From Candidatus Saccharimonadota bacterium (GTDB lineage: Archaea; Nanohalarchaeota; Nanosalinia; Nanosalinales; Nanosalinaceae), in NCBI GenBank assembly GCA_001761425.1, contig CP012986.1, positions 330,001 through 362,000 of the forward strand: 32,000 nucleotides of DNA. Reading direction: 5' to 3'. Below the pieces are notes generated by a model, which did no database searches, was not told the origin of the DNA, and worked only from the letters and a program-made list of their open reading frames with translations. The translations under genes were made by a program, and so were the position numbers. Below, piece after piece: positions 16,774-25,244 of this stretch (within the stretch, counting starts at the first letter, position 1; each line of letters begins with the position of its first letter).

Positions 16774-17004
16774 CTATTCTTCCTCTTTTTCTGTTTCCTG
16801 CTCCGTGTTTTCTTTGACTTCTGATTCTCTCGGGATTATCAGCCATGCGATGAGGTATGCAAGTAGGCCTGTACCTGCTCCGAGGAAGAGTGCGATTGCG
16901 AGAAGTCTTACGAGCGAAGGATCTACATCAAAGTAATCTGCGAGTCCTCCGCATACTCCTCCTATGATCCTGTCCGATTCCGATCTATACAGTCTGTCCG
17001 CCAT
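16774..17004 (-). CDS. PspC-domain membrane protein
   Basis: [39 protein letters not shown] followed by one TM helix and an acidic tail. ATG 17004 preferred over the longer track ORF. Confidence 0.7.
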   Translation of the reverse strand: MADRLYRSESDRIIGGVCGGLADYFDVDPSLVRLLAIALFLGAGTGLLAYLIAWLIIPRESEVKENTEQETEKEEE

Positions 17005-17097
17005 AACGAAGTTTTTGGACGGCAAAAATTTAATTCCTGTGGTTGATACTGTTCATTCATAGCCGGATAAAAGATAGAGGAAGGAAATGAAGGATGT

Positions 17098-17138
17098 AAA
17101 AAAGATTTCAAGGCCTTTAAAGGTCTTTTTCGAGGCCT
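17098..17138 (-). terminator. Hairpin-capable AGGCCT pair followed by U6 downstream of ndk
   Basis: AGGCCT at 17133-17138 and 17111-17116 are self-complementary. 17111-17126 (AGGCCTTTAAAGGTCT) is a near-perfect 16-nt palindrome. A6 at 17098-17103 reads as U6 on the ndk strand, 19-60 nt past the stop. Confidence 0.4.
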
Positions 17139-17156
17139 CTGTACATTTTTGAAGTC

Positions 17157-17651
17157 CTACCTTGTCTCTTCTTCGTGTGCTGTCTGATAATCGTGAAGTT
17201 CTTTTTCCTCGAACCAGATCTCGATCTCTCTTTCCTGTTCCCCCGGTTCTGAAGCATGGACAAGGTTCTTGTAGAGACGACCTGCTTCATCGGCATAATC
17301 CATCGACATGTGTCCGTACTGTCCTCTGATGGTCGAAGGATGGGCATCTTTAGCAGAAGTATCTCCCACGATCTTTCTAATGTTTTCAGCCGCGTGAACT
17401 CCTTCAAGAACCATTCCAACGATAGGACCTTCCTTCATATAATCTGCAAGGCCTTCATAGAAAGGCTTATCCACATGTTCCTCGTAATGCTGTTCCAGAA
17501 GCTGATCTGTAGCCTGGACCATCTTCATACCGCAGATCTTGAAACCTGCGTCCTCAAATCTTTTGGTAATTTCACCTACAAGGCCTCTCTTAACAGCATC
17601 CGGTTTTACTGCGACAAAAGTACGTTCAACTTGTTCAACATTATTTGACAT
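17157..17651 (-). CDS. ndk: Nucleoside-diphosphate kinase
   Basis: ERTFVAVKPDAVKRGLVGEI, GPIVGMVLEG, TIRGQYG, NLVHASE (active-site His). The first track codon is TTG 17654; ATG 17651 preferred. Confidence 0.9.
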   Translation of the reverse strand: MSNNVEQVERTFVAVKPDAVKRGLVGEITKRFEDAGFKICGMKMVQATDQLLEQHYEEHVDKPFYEGLADYMKEGPIVGMVLEGVHAAENIRKIVGDTSAKDAHPSTIRGQYGHMSMDYADEAGRLYKNLVHASEPGEQEREIEIWFEEKELHDYQTAHEEETR

Positions 17652-17730
17652 CAATTTGTAACCTCTTAAAAAAGAAGTTCAGGAGCAACATTTATCAAAA
17701 AATCGGCTCACAGGGTTCTGAACAGGATAT

Positions 17731-18180
17731 CTATTTTAGAGTCCTGTAAAAAGTGCTGTCGCATGGAAGCAGTGTCACGTTCTCGTTTTCCATCCACTCT
17801 GAGCCAGTTCTGTTGTCGTAACTTGCCTCAAAGGTCCATTCCATCCCTCTTGTGTCTTCACTGCAGATGTTGTAGGCCTGGACCATGAGCTCGGCCTCGA
17901 CACGTCTGTAATAGTTTTCTGTTCCTTCCTCGGCTTCCGTATAATTTTCGTAATTGTATGTAGTATGTTCTCTTCTCTGGATTCCGAGGCAGACTCCTGT
18001 ATCAAGGCCTACGCATTCTGTCGTGACTTCTACCATGCCAACTCTGACAGGCTCATCGGCAGTTGTGTAGTTTCCAACTCCGACCACCGCTCCTACCAGA
18101 AGAAGGGTAATACCAACGAATGCGGCGTCTTTCTGAAATCCTTCCAAACCGTTCAGAGGGTTTTTCTCCCGGAAATCCAT
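17731..18180 (-). CDS. Hypothetical N-terminally anchored, Cys-containing ectoprotein
   Basis: Internal ATG 18180 (MDFREKNPL...) gives a 149-aa protein with one TM helix (AAFVGITLLLVGAVVGVG) and avoids the 144-nt overlap with the HerA-like gene. No family recognised. Confidence 0.4.
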   Translation of the reverse strand: MDFREKNPLNGLEGFQKDAAFVGITLLLVGAVVGVGNYTTADEPVRVGMVEVTTECVGLDTGVCLGIQRREHTTYNYENYTEAEEGTENYYRRVEAELMVQAYNICSEDTRGMEWTFEASYDNRTGSEWMENENVTLLPCDSTFYRTLK

Positions 18181-18276
18181 ATTACCGGGTGAGGCCTTCA
18201 GCTTCTTAAATCCATCGCGTAGAATATCGGATGTGAATTTATCAATACTCAGGCCTCTACATGAATTAGAGACCTT

Positions 18277-20145
18277 ATGCAGCTGGGAACTATTGAAGGC
18301 GAGGTCGATACCTCCTCGTTCGAATTTCGGGCCACAGAAGAAGTAAGAAAATTCGATTTCGTATCCGTCAAGAGCAGTGACAAATGGATACTCGCACAGG
18401 TAGAAGAAGTCACCAAACACCCGGATGGAGAAACTCTGGCCAGGGCCAACATCATTGGATACAGGGATAAAGGCCTGACAAAGGCTCCGAGAAGAGTCAT
18501 AGAACCAGATTCAATAGTCTATCAGGCCGACCAGGAGCTGATCTCAGAGACTCTAGGCCTACAGGATAAAGGCCTTCAGGTCGGTAATCTTGAGACTAAC
18601 GAGGATATAGATATCCATGTTAATGCTGATCAGTTCTACAAGCACTTCGCAGTTTTAGCTCAGACCGGTGCCGGTAAATCATACTTGACCGGAGTTTTGA
18701 TCGAGGAGCTTCTTGAGCAGGATATGCCTGTGATGATCTTGGATCCTCACGGCGAGTTCTCATCTCTCAGGAATCCGAACCCGGAGAAAGAGGACGGAGA
18801 GACCAGAGGATATAATCTGAAGGAGTATTCGCCCAATACAGATATTAACTCGGAGGCGATGCCTCTGCAGTTTTCCTCCAAGAATCTCGGGAAAAAGGAA
18901 CTGATGACACTGATTCCTGATTCCCTGACTAACTCACAGATGGGTGTTCTCTATAATTCGCTGAAGAGGCTGAAGGAGAAGGAAGAGGACTACAGTCTAC
19001 TTGATATCGAGGACGCGGTGTCTCAGGAGGACTCGACCGCGAAATGGAACCTTCTGAACTACCTGGAGCAGCTTGAGGAATCAGGCCTCTTTGATCCGGA
19101 TCCTGTCGATCTAACAGATCTTCTTGAGCCTGGACAGGCCACGGTCATCAATTTGAAAGCGGTTGAACCGGATGCAGCGGAGATGACTGCCTACATGCTG
19201 GCGAAAAAACTTTTCGATCTCAGAAAGAAGGATATGGTTCCGCCGTTCCTGATGGTGATGGAGGAGGCCCATAACTTTGTACCGGAGAAAGGCTTCGGAC
19301 AGGCAGTATCAAACCCGATCCTCAGAAAGATCGCATCTGAAGGAAGAAAGTTCGGTCTAGGCCTCGGCGTTATCTCTCAGAGACCTGCGAGAATCGATAA
19401 AAACGTACTCAGCCAGTGTAACACCCAGTTTATCCTGAGGGTTACAAACCCAAATGACCTGAAAGCAATTTCCAAGTCCTTCGAGGGAATAACTTCTGAA
19501 GTCGAGGACATGATTAAATCCCTGCCTCCAGGAGTCTCCTTTGTCCTTGGAAACGATTACCCTGTTATGACAGATGTGAGGCAGAGAAAGAGCCAGCACG
19601 GCGGGGAAACTCAGACTGCGGAGACATACGTCGAGAAAGAGAATATCGAGGCCTTCAAACCGCAGAGAGAGCTCAGCGAGGTCAAACATGAGATTGGAGA
19701 AGATCTCTCAGAGGCCTGGTATCCGCTGTATCTTGTCGAGAACCTGGAGAAAAAAATTCTCATCGACGGTGTGAAAGATCAGACTAAGGCGGAGAAGCCG
19801 AAGGTTGAAGGCCAGGACAGGAAAATCCTGGATCTAATCAAGGAGGGAAGATCGAAGAGCGAGATAGTGGACGAAACCGGCCTTCAGGTCTCAAAGATAG
19901 CCTCCAAAATGTCCGAACTCCAGGATAAAGGCCTTATCGATGAGAACAATGAAGTTGAGGAGACAATTTTCGATGCAGGTCTAGATGATCAGGTTGTGAA
20001 GGAAGAGACCCTGATAGAGTACGAGGTCGATAAGGAAGAGGCCGGATCTCGGCTTCCGGATTCTTCGGTTTCGAGAGTTTATTATCCATACTTCTCGGAT
20101 CAGGATACTGTATACGATCCTGTGCTGGAGAAAAAGGTAGGTTGA
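18277..20145 (+). CDS. HerA/DUF87-family (FtsK-HerA superfamily) ATPase with C-terminal HTH-like extension
   Basis: N-terminal barrel-like region (GTIEGEVDTSSFEFRATEE...VSVK), Walker A AVLAQTGAGKSY, ILDPHGEF, Walker B FLMVMEEAHNF, SEGRKFGLGLGVISQRP. The extra ~150 aa include RKILDLIKEGRSKSEIVDETGLQVSKIASKMSELQDKGLI. Confidence 0.75.
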   Translation: MQLGTIEGEVDTSSFEFRATEEVRKFDFVSVKSSDKWILAQVEEVTKHPDGETLARANIIGYRDKGLTKAPRRVIEPDSIVYQADQELISETLGLQDKGLQVGNLETNEDIDIHVNADQFYKHFAVLAQTGAGKSYLTGVLIEELLEQDMPVMILDPHGEFSSLRNPNPEKEDGETRGYNLKEYSPNTDINSEAMPLQFSSKNLGKKELMTLIPDSLTNSQMGVLYNSLKRLKEKEEDYSLLDIEDAVSQEDSTAKWNLLNYLEQLEESGLFDPDPVDLTDLLEPGQATVINLKAVEPDAAEMTAYMLAKKLFDLRKKDMVPPFLMVMEEAHNFVPEKGFGQAVSNPILRKIASEGRKFGLGLGVISQRPARIDKNVLSQCNTQFILRVTNPNDLKAISKSFEGITSEVEDMIKSLPPGVSFVLGNDYPVMTDVRQRKSQHGGETQTAETYVEKENIEAFKPQRELSEVKHEIGEDLSEAWYPLYLVENLEKKILIDGVKDQTKAEKPKVEGQDRKILDLIKEGRSKSEIVDETGLQVSKIASKMSELQDKGLIDENNEVEETIFDAGLDDQVVKEETLIEYEVDKEEAGSRLPDSSVSRVYYPYFSDQDTVYDPVLEKKVG

Positions 20146-20219
20146 GGCTTCGGAAATACGTTCTTAAAACATGGAGTTTAAAGTATTTACACACTCATTC
20201 ACTGCTGCAGAAGTTTACA

Positions 20220-20347
20220 GGGTCCGTGGTCTAGTTGGTTATGACGTCGCCCTTACAACCGCATCGTGTGCAAAGCATATCTGCTTGAATCACACGCGGA
20301 GCGAGTGAGTAAGGCGAAGATCCCCAGTTCGAATCTGGGCGGACCCA
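20220..20347 (+). tRNA. tRNA-Val (anticodon UAC) with a 54-nt intron at the canonical 37/38 position; CCA not encoded
   Basis: Hand-folded cloverleaf. Acceptor GGGTCCG (20220-20226) pairs with CGGACCC (20340-20346), discriminator A 20347. D arm GTCT/AGTTGGTTA/TGAC. Anticodon stem TCGCC (20247-20251) pairs with GGCGA (20313-20317), loop CTTACA|A with TAC at 20254-20256. T arm CCCAG-TTCGAAT-CTGGG. Intron spans 20258-20311. Confidence 0.8.
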
Positions 20348-20440
20348 TACAAGCGACATTTCAAAGGCCTTGTTGTTACCGAAAGGTATTAAATACTGGA
20401 GGTATAATTTAGTGTTGCGAGAAATCTTACATTTTAAACC

Positions 20441-20809
20441 ATGAGAACCCAAGTTATGACTGTGTCCCAACATAAACAAGCTATTGTCCTGAGAACAGAT
20501 CTAGGTATGTCTACAGGTAAACTTATATCCCAGGCCTGTCATGCGTCTCTCAAAGCCTACAGGAAGGCCTCTTCCGATGACCGGAGCAACTGGGAGTCCG
20601 GCGGTCAGAAGAAGGTTGTCCTCGATATTGGTGGTGAGGATCTGGAAGACTGTTTCAGGAAGGCTCAGAGACAGGGCTTGCCTTCGGCAATGGTGAAAGA
20701 TGCAGGTCTTACCGAGATTGAGCCTGGGACGAAGACGGCTGTGAGTGTTGGGCCGTGTGAGGAGTCCAAAATCGATAGTGTAACAGGCGATCTCAAGCTT
20801 CTGGATTAG
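20441..20809 (+). CDS. pth2: Peptidyl-tRNA hydrolase, archaeal type (Pth2)
   Basis: KQAIVLRTDLGMSTGKLISQACHASLKAY, QKKVVL, GLPSAMVKDAGLTEIEPGTKTAVSVGP. ATG 20456 is an alternative start. Confidence 0.85.
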   Translation: MRTQVMTVSQHKQAIVLRTDLGMSTGKLISQACHASLKAYRKASSDDRSNWESGGQKKVVLDIGGEDLEDCFRKAQRQGLPSAMVKDAGLTEIEPGTKTAVSVGPCEESKIDSVTGDLKLLD

Positions 20810-20820
20810 TGATAGATAAA

Positions 20821-22023
20821 ATGACAGATGATGAAATGGATGGGGAAGGTATCGAAGATGAATTTGCGGACGTAGATTTTACTGAAATGGACTGGGCCTA
20901 TTATTCGGACAAGCCCGGTATACGCGGACAGATCAAGGAACAGGTAGATGATTTTGTTGTCAAGGAACTTGCCTCACATGATACTGGAGAAGGAGATCAC
21001 CTTGTAGTAAAGCTGAGAAAGCAAAATATGACCACTCTGGATGCGATCGATAAACTGTCCAAAATGCTTCATATCTCCAAGGACAGGATAGGGTACGCAG
21101 GAAACAAGGATAAAAGAGCGATCACGGAACAGTATATTTCAGTTCAGGGAGTGGAGGAAGAAGATGTTAGACAGATTTTCACTGACGAGTTCGAACTGGA
21201 GGTAATCGGGAAGAACGATCATATAGGCCTGGGAAACCTTTCAGCTAACCGATTCGAGATAACTGTAAGAGACCTCAATCTTCCTATAGAAGATATAAGA
21301 AACAGATCCCTCGGAATAATAGATGAGCTTGACGGCAAGATGCCAAATTACTTTGGGGAACAGAGGTTCGGAAGTGCAAGGCCTATCACCCATCAGGTTG
21401 GGAGACTGATCCTCAGAGGAGAGTTCGAGGAGGCGGTATGGACCTACATCGCCAAACCTTACGAAAGCGAATACAAGTCCATAAGAAAGGTCAGGAAGGA
21501 ACTCTGGGAGACCAGGGAAGTCGAGGGAGCAGCAGAAAGATTCCCGGAAAAGTTCAGATACGAGAAAACACTGCTGTATCATTTGACAAAGAATCCTGGA
21601 GACTATCAGGGAGCTATCAAGCGTCTGCCGGAAGGCCTTCAGCAGCTTTTCGTACATGCCTATCAGTCCTGGCTCTTCAACAAGGCCCTTTCACGCCTGG
21701 TTGAGGATGGCTGGTATGACGAGGAGTATGAAATTCCGCTGGTTGGTTACAAGACTGATCTGAAGGATAACAGGCCTGAAAATATTATCGCCGAGGTCAT
21801 GGAGGAAGAAGGTGTTTCCCAGGAGGATTTCAGGTTGCAGGAGATGCCTGAACTCCGTTCTGAGGGCAGTTATCGACGTGCGTTTGCTGATTTCAGGAAC
21901 TTCGAGATCCTGGATATCGGTGAGGATGATCTGAATATGGCGAAGCACAAGATGACTGTGAAGTTTGATCTGCCTAAAGGAACTTATGCGACCACTTTCC
22001 TGCGTGAAATCCGAAAGAACTAG
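20821..22023 (+). CDS. truD: tRNA pseudouridine synthase TruD/Pus7 family
   Basis: GYAGNKDKRAITEQ (catalytic Asp context), NYFGEQRFG, AYQSWLFN, GSYRRAF. ATG 20821 preferred; the track's GTG 20809 overlaps the pth2 stop. Confidence 0.85.
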   Translation: MTDDEMDGEGIEDEFADVDFTEMDWAYYSDKPGIRGQIKEQVDDFVVKELASHDTGEGDHLVVKLRKQNMTTLDAIDKLSKMLHISKDRIGYAGNKDKRAITEQYISVQGVEEEDVRQIFTDEFELEVIGKNDHIGLGNLSANRFEITVRDLNLPIEDIRNRSLGIIDELDGKMPNYFGEQRFGSARPITHQVGRLILRGEFEEAVWTYIAKPYESEYKSIRKVRKELWETREVEGAAERFPEKFRYEKTLLYHLTKNPGDYQGAIKRLPEGLQQLFVHAYQSWLFNKALSRLVEDGWYDEEYEIPLVGYKTDLKDNRPENIIAEVMEEEGVSQEDFRLQEMPELRSEGSYRRAFADFRNFEILDIGEDDLNMAKHKMTVKFDLPKGTYATTFLREIRKN

Positions 22024-22053
22024 CTTATCGAACTTTTTAGAGTGAAATAAGTT

Positions 22054-22062
22054 CTATAAATC
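22054..22062 (+). promoter_or_regulatory. TATA-like box (TCTATAAAT) for the GT2 synthase operon
   Basis: About 27 nt upstream of ATG 22085. Confidence 0.4.
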
Positions 22063-22084
22063 TGTTTGGCCCTATTTATTATCT

Positions 22085-23317
22085 ATGTTAGTATGGCTTG
22101 CATGGATCCTCGTAGGTAGCTCGCTGTTCATGGTCACGTTTTACATGAACGTATACCGCAACATGCCTGTAGAGGAAGAATTAGCGGAGTCTGAGCTGGA
22201 AGAGGAGCCACCGGTATCCATACTGATGCCAGCGTATAACGAGGAAAATGTTGTAGAAAGGGCTATAGAAAGTGCACTGAGCGTAGACTACGATAATCTA
22301 AGTGTTGTCTTTGTAGACGACGGTTCAACAGATAAGACGCTGGAAAAAGCCAGGAAATACTCAGGCAGAGAGGAAATAAAGATAATAGAACACAGCCAGA
22401 ATCAGGGCAAAGGCAAGGCCTTGAACACGGCACTGGAAAACGCTGAATCAGAATACACTATCGTACAGGACGCTGACTCCGAGATAGAGGGCGATGTAAT
22501 CCGTAAAGGAGTCAACAAGTTGAACGCTGATAAAGATACAGGCGCGGTTATGACCTCTATAAGGCCTCTGGAGGCCGAGACTTTTGTTCAGAAGATGCAG
22601 ATAATCGAGTATACATTGACCAATTTCTACAGGAACTTGATGTCGCACATCAAGATACTGGACATGGCACCGGGAGCCTATTCGATGTACAGGACCAGCC
22701 ACATCAAGGAACTTGGAGGATTTGACGAGGAAAATCTTACAGAGGATCTTGAGCTGGCCTGGAGGATCAAGAAGGACGGAAAATCCATAGAGATGGCCTT
22801 CCACGAATCCGCGAAGACAGAGTTCCCAAGAACGTTCAAAGCACTTTACGGACAGAGAGTCAGATGGGCAAGAGGATTCATCTCCAACGCCTACGAGAAA
22901 AGAGAAATGTTCTTCAACGACGACTACGGATGGTTCGGGAAATTCCAGCTACCGTCACAGCTCATACTTCCTATATTCAGCGTGATAGGATTCTGGATGA
23001 TCGCAGCAGGCCTCTGGGAAGGCCTCAGGGCCGTACTGATTGATATCTGGGCCACAGGATTCAGTCTGCCGGGCTTTGGAGAACTGGATCTTTACAGGAC
23101 GGCTCTTAACTTCCCGGCAGTTATCTACGTACCTTTAATCGCTGGCGTAAGCTTCTCTGCTCTGGAGCTAAAGGTTGCTTACAGCGAGTCCGATACCAAG
23201 TTCAGGGATGCCCTGCCTCTCCTGATTTACTTCGGAACCTTCTTCATGGTCAAAGGGATTTTCTGGATGGCTGCGATTTTAAAAGAACTCGGCAGGAGTG
23301 AGGAAGTATGGAGCTGA
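22085..23317 (+). CDS. Membrane-embedded processive family-2 glycosyltransferase (PgaC/NodC/cellulose-synthase-like)
   Basis: N-terminal TM, SILMPAYNEE, FVDDGSTD, VQDADS, TEDLELAWR, QRVRWARG (QxxRW hallmark of processive beta-glycan synthases), several C-terminal TM helices. Confidence 0.8.
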   Translation: MLVWLAWILVGSSLFMVTFYMNVYRNMPVEEELAESELEEEPPVSILMPAYNEENVVERAIESALSVDYDNLSVVFVDDGSTDKTLEKARKYSGREEIKIIEHSQNQGKGKALNTALENAESEYTIVQDADSEIEGDVIRKGVNKLNADKDTGAVMTSIRPLEAETFVQKMQIIEYTLTNFYRNLMSHIKILDMAPGAYSMYRTSHIKELGGFDEENLTEDLELAWRIKKDGKSIEMAFHESAKTEFPRTFKALYGQRVRWARGFISNAYEKREMFFNDDYGWFGKFQLPSQLILPIFSVIGFWMIAAGLWEGLRAVLIDIWATGFSLPGFGELDLYRTALNFPAVIYVPLIAGVSFSALELKVAYSESDTKFRDALPLLIYFGTFFMVKGIFWMAAILKELGRSEEVWS

Positions 23318-24018
23318 TCAAGGAATCACTGCTGAAAGCCACCGCGGTAACTGCCGTGGTCCTGGCATTTGGCTTCCTTATAGGCCTTCAGATGGACGAT
23401 GCCAGAACTTCCTATATAGATAACAGGATATCTGATGCTGCTGTAAGCGCCCAGACCATCGTTGCCGTTGAAAACTACCTTGACTCCAGTGAAAATTACT
23501 GCAGACTTGTCAGAGAAGAGATTCCGGAACTTGGGCAGAACAACGCTGAGATAGGGACTACTTTACAGCAGTTCTCAAGCAGAGGTGTCAGCAGGGAGGG
23601 AGAGTACAAGAGTCTAAGGAGAGAGTACTATGTCAGCCAGCTCAGGCTTTACAACATGATGATGTCGTACAAAGATCGCTGTGAGACAGATATGAATGCG
23701 ATAATGTTTTTCTTCAGCAGCAACCTTGACTCAGAGAGACAGGGATCAGTACTGACAGAGTACAGAGAAGAAGTAGACAATTCCACAAGTATATTTGCAT
23801 ACAACCTAGAAGTAGATAAATCAAAGGTACTTGACGTACTGAAGACAGATTACAATATCACAGAAGGCCCGTCAATAGTAATAAACGGCAACCAGACCTA
23901 CAGAGAATACGTACCGCTTAAACAGCTCCGCCAGGTCATGAATGAAGTAAAAGAAAACAGTACAGCAACAAACCAGACCATAAACATGACAGAAAGAGGC
24001 CTTGAAGATGAAAACTGA
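23308..24018 (+). CDS. Hypothetical single-pass membrane protein (N-in, ectodomain rich in N-X-S/T sequons)
   Basis: The start overlaps the GT2 stop by 10 nt (ATGGAGCTGA). TM helix ATAVTAVVLAFGFLIGL. Sequons NST, NIT, NQT, NST, NQT, NMT. No family recognised. Confidence 0.45.
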   Translation: MELIKESLLKATAVTAVVLAFGFLIGLQMDDARTSYIDNRISDAAVSAQTIVAVENYLDSSENYCRLVREEIPELGQNNAEIGTTLQQFSSRGVSREGEYKSLRREYYVSQLRLYNMMMSYKDRCETDMNAIMFFFSSNLDSERQGSVLTEYREEVDNSTSIFAYNLEVDKSKVLDVLKTDYNITEGPSIVINGNQTYREYVPLKQLRQVMNEVKENSTATNQTINMTERGLEDEN

Positions 24019-24337
24019 ATACTTCAAAGATCTGAAGCAGAATACGACAGTTAAAAAAACAGCTACAGTTCTGTTAGTTGCAGTTCTAGGCCTTTCACTG
24101 GGATTCACGGTATCCCAGGGTATGGAGAGTCCTCAGCAAGGAGAGACATACTGCAACAGTATAGAATCAAAGGTCGTGGAAGAAAGAAATATTTCGGGAA
24201 CTCTGGCCTGCTTTGAGCCAGACCTGGTACAGGTAAATCTCTCTGAAAAGGTAGAGAACAATTCAGAGCTCAGATGTGTATGTAGACAGGAGTACAGAGG
24301 CCTGGAGCAGATAATACCGATAAGCGTAAGCAATTAG
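24002..24337 (+). CDS. Hypothetical small anchored/secreted Cys-containing protein
   Basis: 111 aa. Overlaps the upstream gene by 17 nt. TM/signal segment TATVLLVAVLGLSLGFTV, four Cys, several N-X-S/T. No family recognised. Confidence 0.35.
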   Translation: MKMKTEYFKDLKQNTTVKKTATVLLVAVLGLSLGFTVSQGMESPQQGETYCNSIESKVVEERNISGTLACFEPDLVQVNLSEKVENNSELRCVCRQEYRGLEQIIPISVSN

Positions 24338-25230
24338 TACCTGTACTTCCGGGAGATAGATATCTTGTTGCTTCTTCCTTCCTTGCTCTTTTTCACGATA
24401 CCTTTCTCCTCCAGTTCGGATATAACGCTGGAAATCTTTGCCTTCGAGTACTCTGATTCATCCACTATATCTTTCTGAAGCATAGAGTTATCATTTTCCC
24501 TCACGGTGTCCAGTACATCTGCCTCATCCTCTGAAAGCTCCTGGTAGACAAATTCAATATCCTCACGGGATCTGAACAGGACGTACAGGCCTGCGAAAAG
24601 CATAGAAACCACAAGGATAGGGAAAATCCATACGAGGCCTATGCCGTCGTCCTCACGGCTTTCCTCCTCGCCGGAGCCGTTGAATATTGCCTGGAAACTC
24701 CGCTGGCCTAGGCCTGGATCGCTGTTCCACGTTACGTGGATCCGCTGGCCGTCAGTACCTGAAACGCCGGATTCTGGGCTTATTACGGGCAGTGAGACAT
24801 TGGAGCTTTCGACGAGGCCTGAGCCCTGTGGAAGAAGAACTTTCAGGCTATAGCTATCGGTAGGCCTCTGGATTGCCTGGCTGTACCTGAATATGTTTAC
24901 GCCTTCTCTCTGGGTTACAAGGCCTTCTGTAGTATATTCCATGTTTATAGTAAGGTTTTTTCTCTCGGTGTCACAGGTAATGTATGATCCTGGTGGAAGG
25001 TCCTCTCTCTCGCATTCCAGCTGTTTTCCGTCTGCTGTGGCAGTGAAACCGCCTGTGACTGGAAAGCTGGTGGTGTAGTAGAAAGCTGAGGAACTCATCT
25101 CACTTATGTCCATTCTGACGTTTACGGTCGAGGTCTCCAGGTCTATGGCGACCTCATGGCTGTTGATGGTGGTAGCAGAAGCTGAACCAATCAGTAAAAG
25201 TGCGAAAGCCAGGAGAGACAGCTTCTTCAT
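24334..25230 (-). CDS. Membrane-tethered winged-helix protein (signal peptide, ectodomain, TM helix, cytoplasmic wHTH)
   Basis: Signal MKKLSLLAFALLLIGSASA, a ~190-aa ectodomain, TM GLVWIFPILVVSMLFAGLYVLF, then LSEDEADVLDTVRENDNSMLQKDIVDESEYSKAKISSVISELEEKGIVKKSKEGRSNKISI (wHTH pattern). Confidence 0.6.
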   Translation of the reverse strand: MKKLSLLAFALLLIGSASATTINSHEVAIDLETSTVNVRMDISEMSSSAFYYTTSFPVTGGFTATADGKQLECEREDLPPGSYITCDTERKNLTINMEYTTEGLVTQREGVNIFRYSQAIQRPTDSYSLKVLLPQGSGLVESSNVSLPVISPESGVSGTDGQRIHVTWNSDPGLGQRSFQAIFNGSGEEESREDDGIGLVWIFPILVVSMLFAGLYVLFRSREDIEFVYQELSEDEADVLDTVRENDNSMLQKDIVDESEYSKAKISSVISELEEKGIVKKSKEGRSNKISISRKYRY

Positions 25231-25244
25231 CTTCTTGGAAAGTA

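Noticed and set aside
16571-16936. ORFs 16571-16846 (-) and 16751-16936 (+)
   Set aside because: They overlap the pheT 3' end and spacer, or lie antisense to the PspC-domain gene. No motifs are present and the composition is atypical.
17731-18420. Full 229-aa version of the minus-strand ORF, overlapping the HerA-like gene by 144 nt
   Set aside because: The N-terminal 80 residues overlap the well-supported HerA-like N-terminus. Internal ATG 18180 gives a sensible N-terminal TM anchor and a normal divergent spacer.
20231-20479. 82-aa minus-strand ORF
   Set aside because: It covers the tRNA-Val gene and the pth2 start, and has no coding features.
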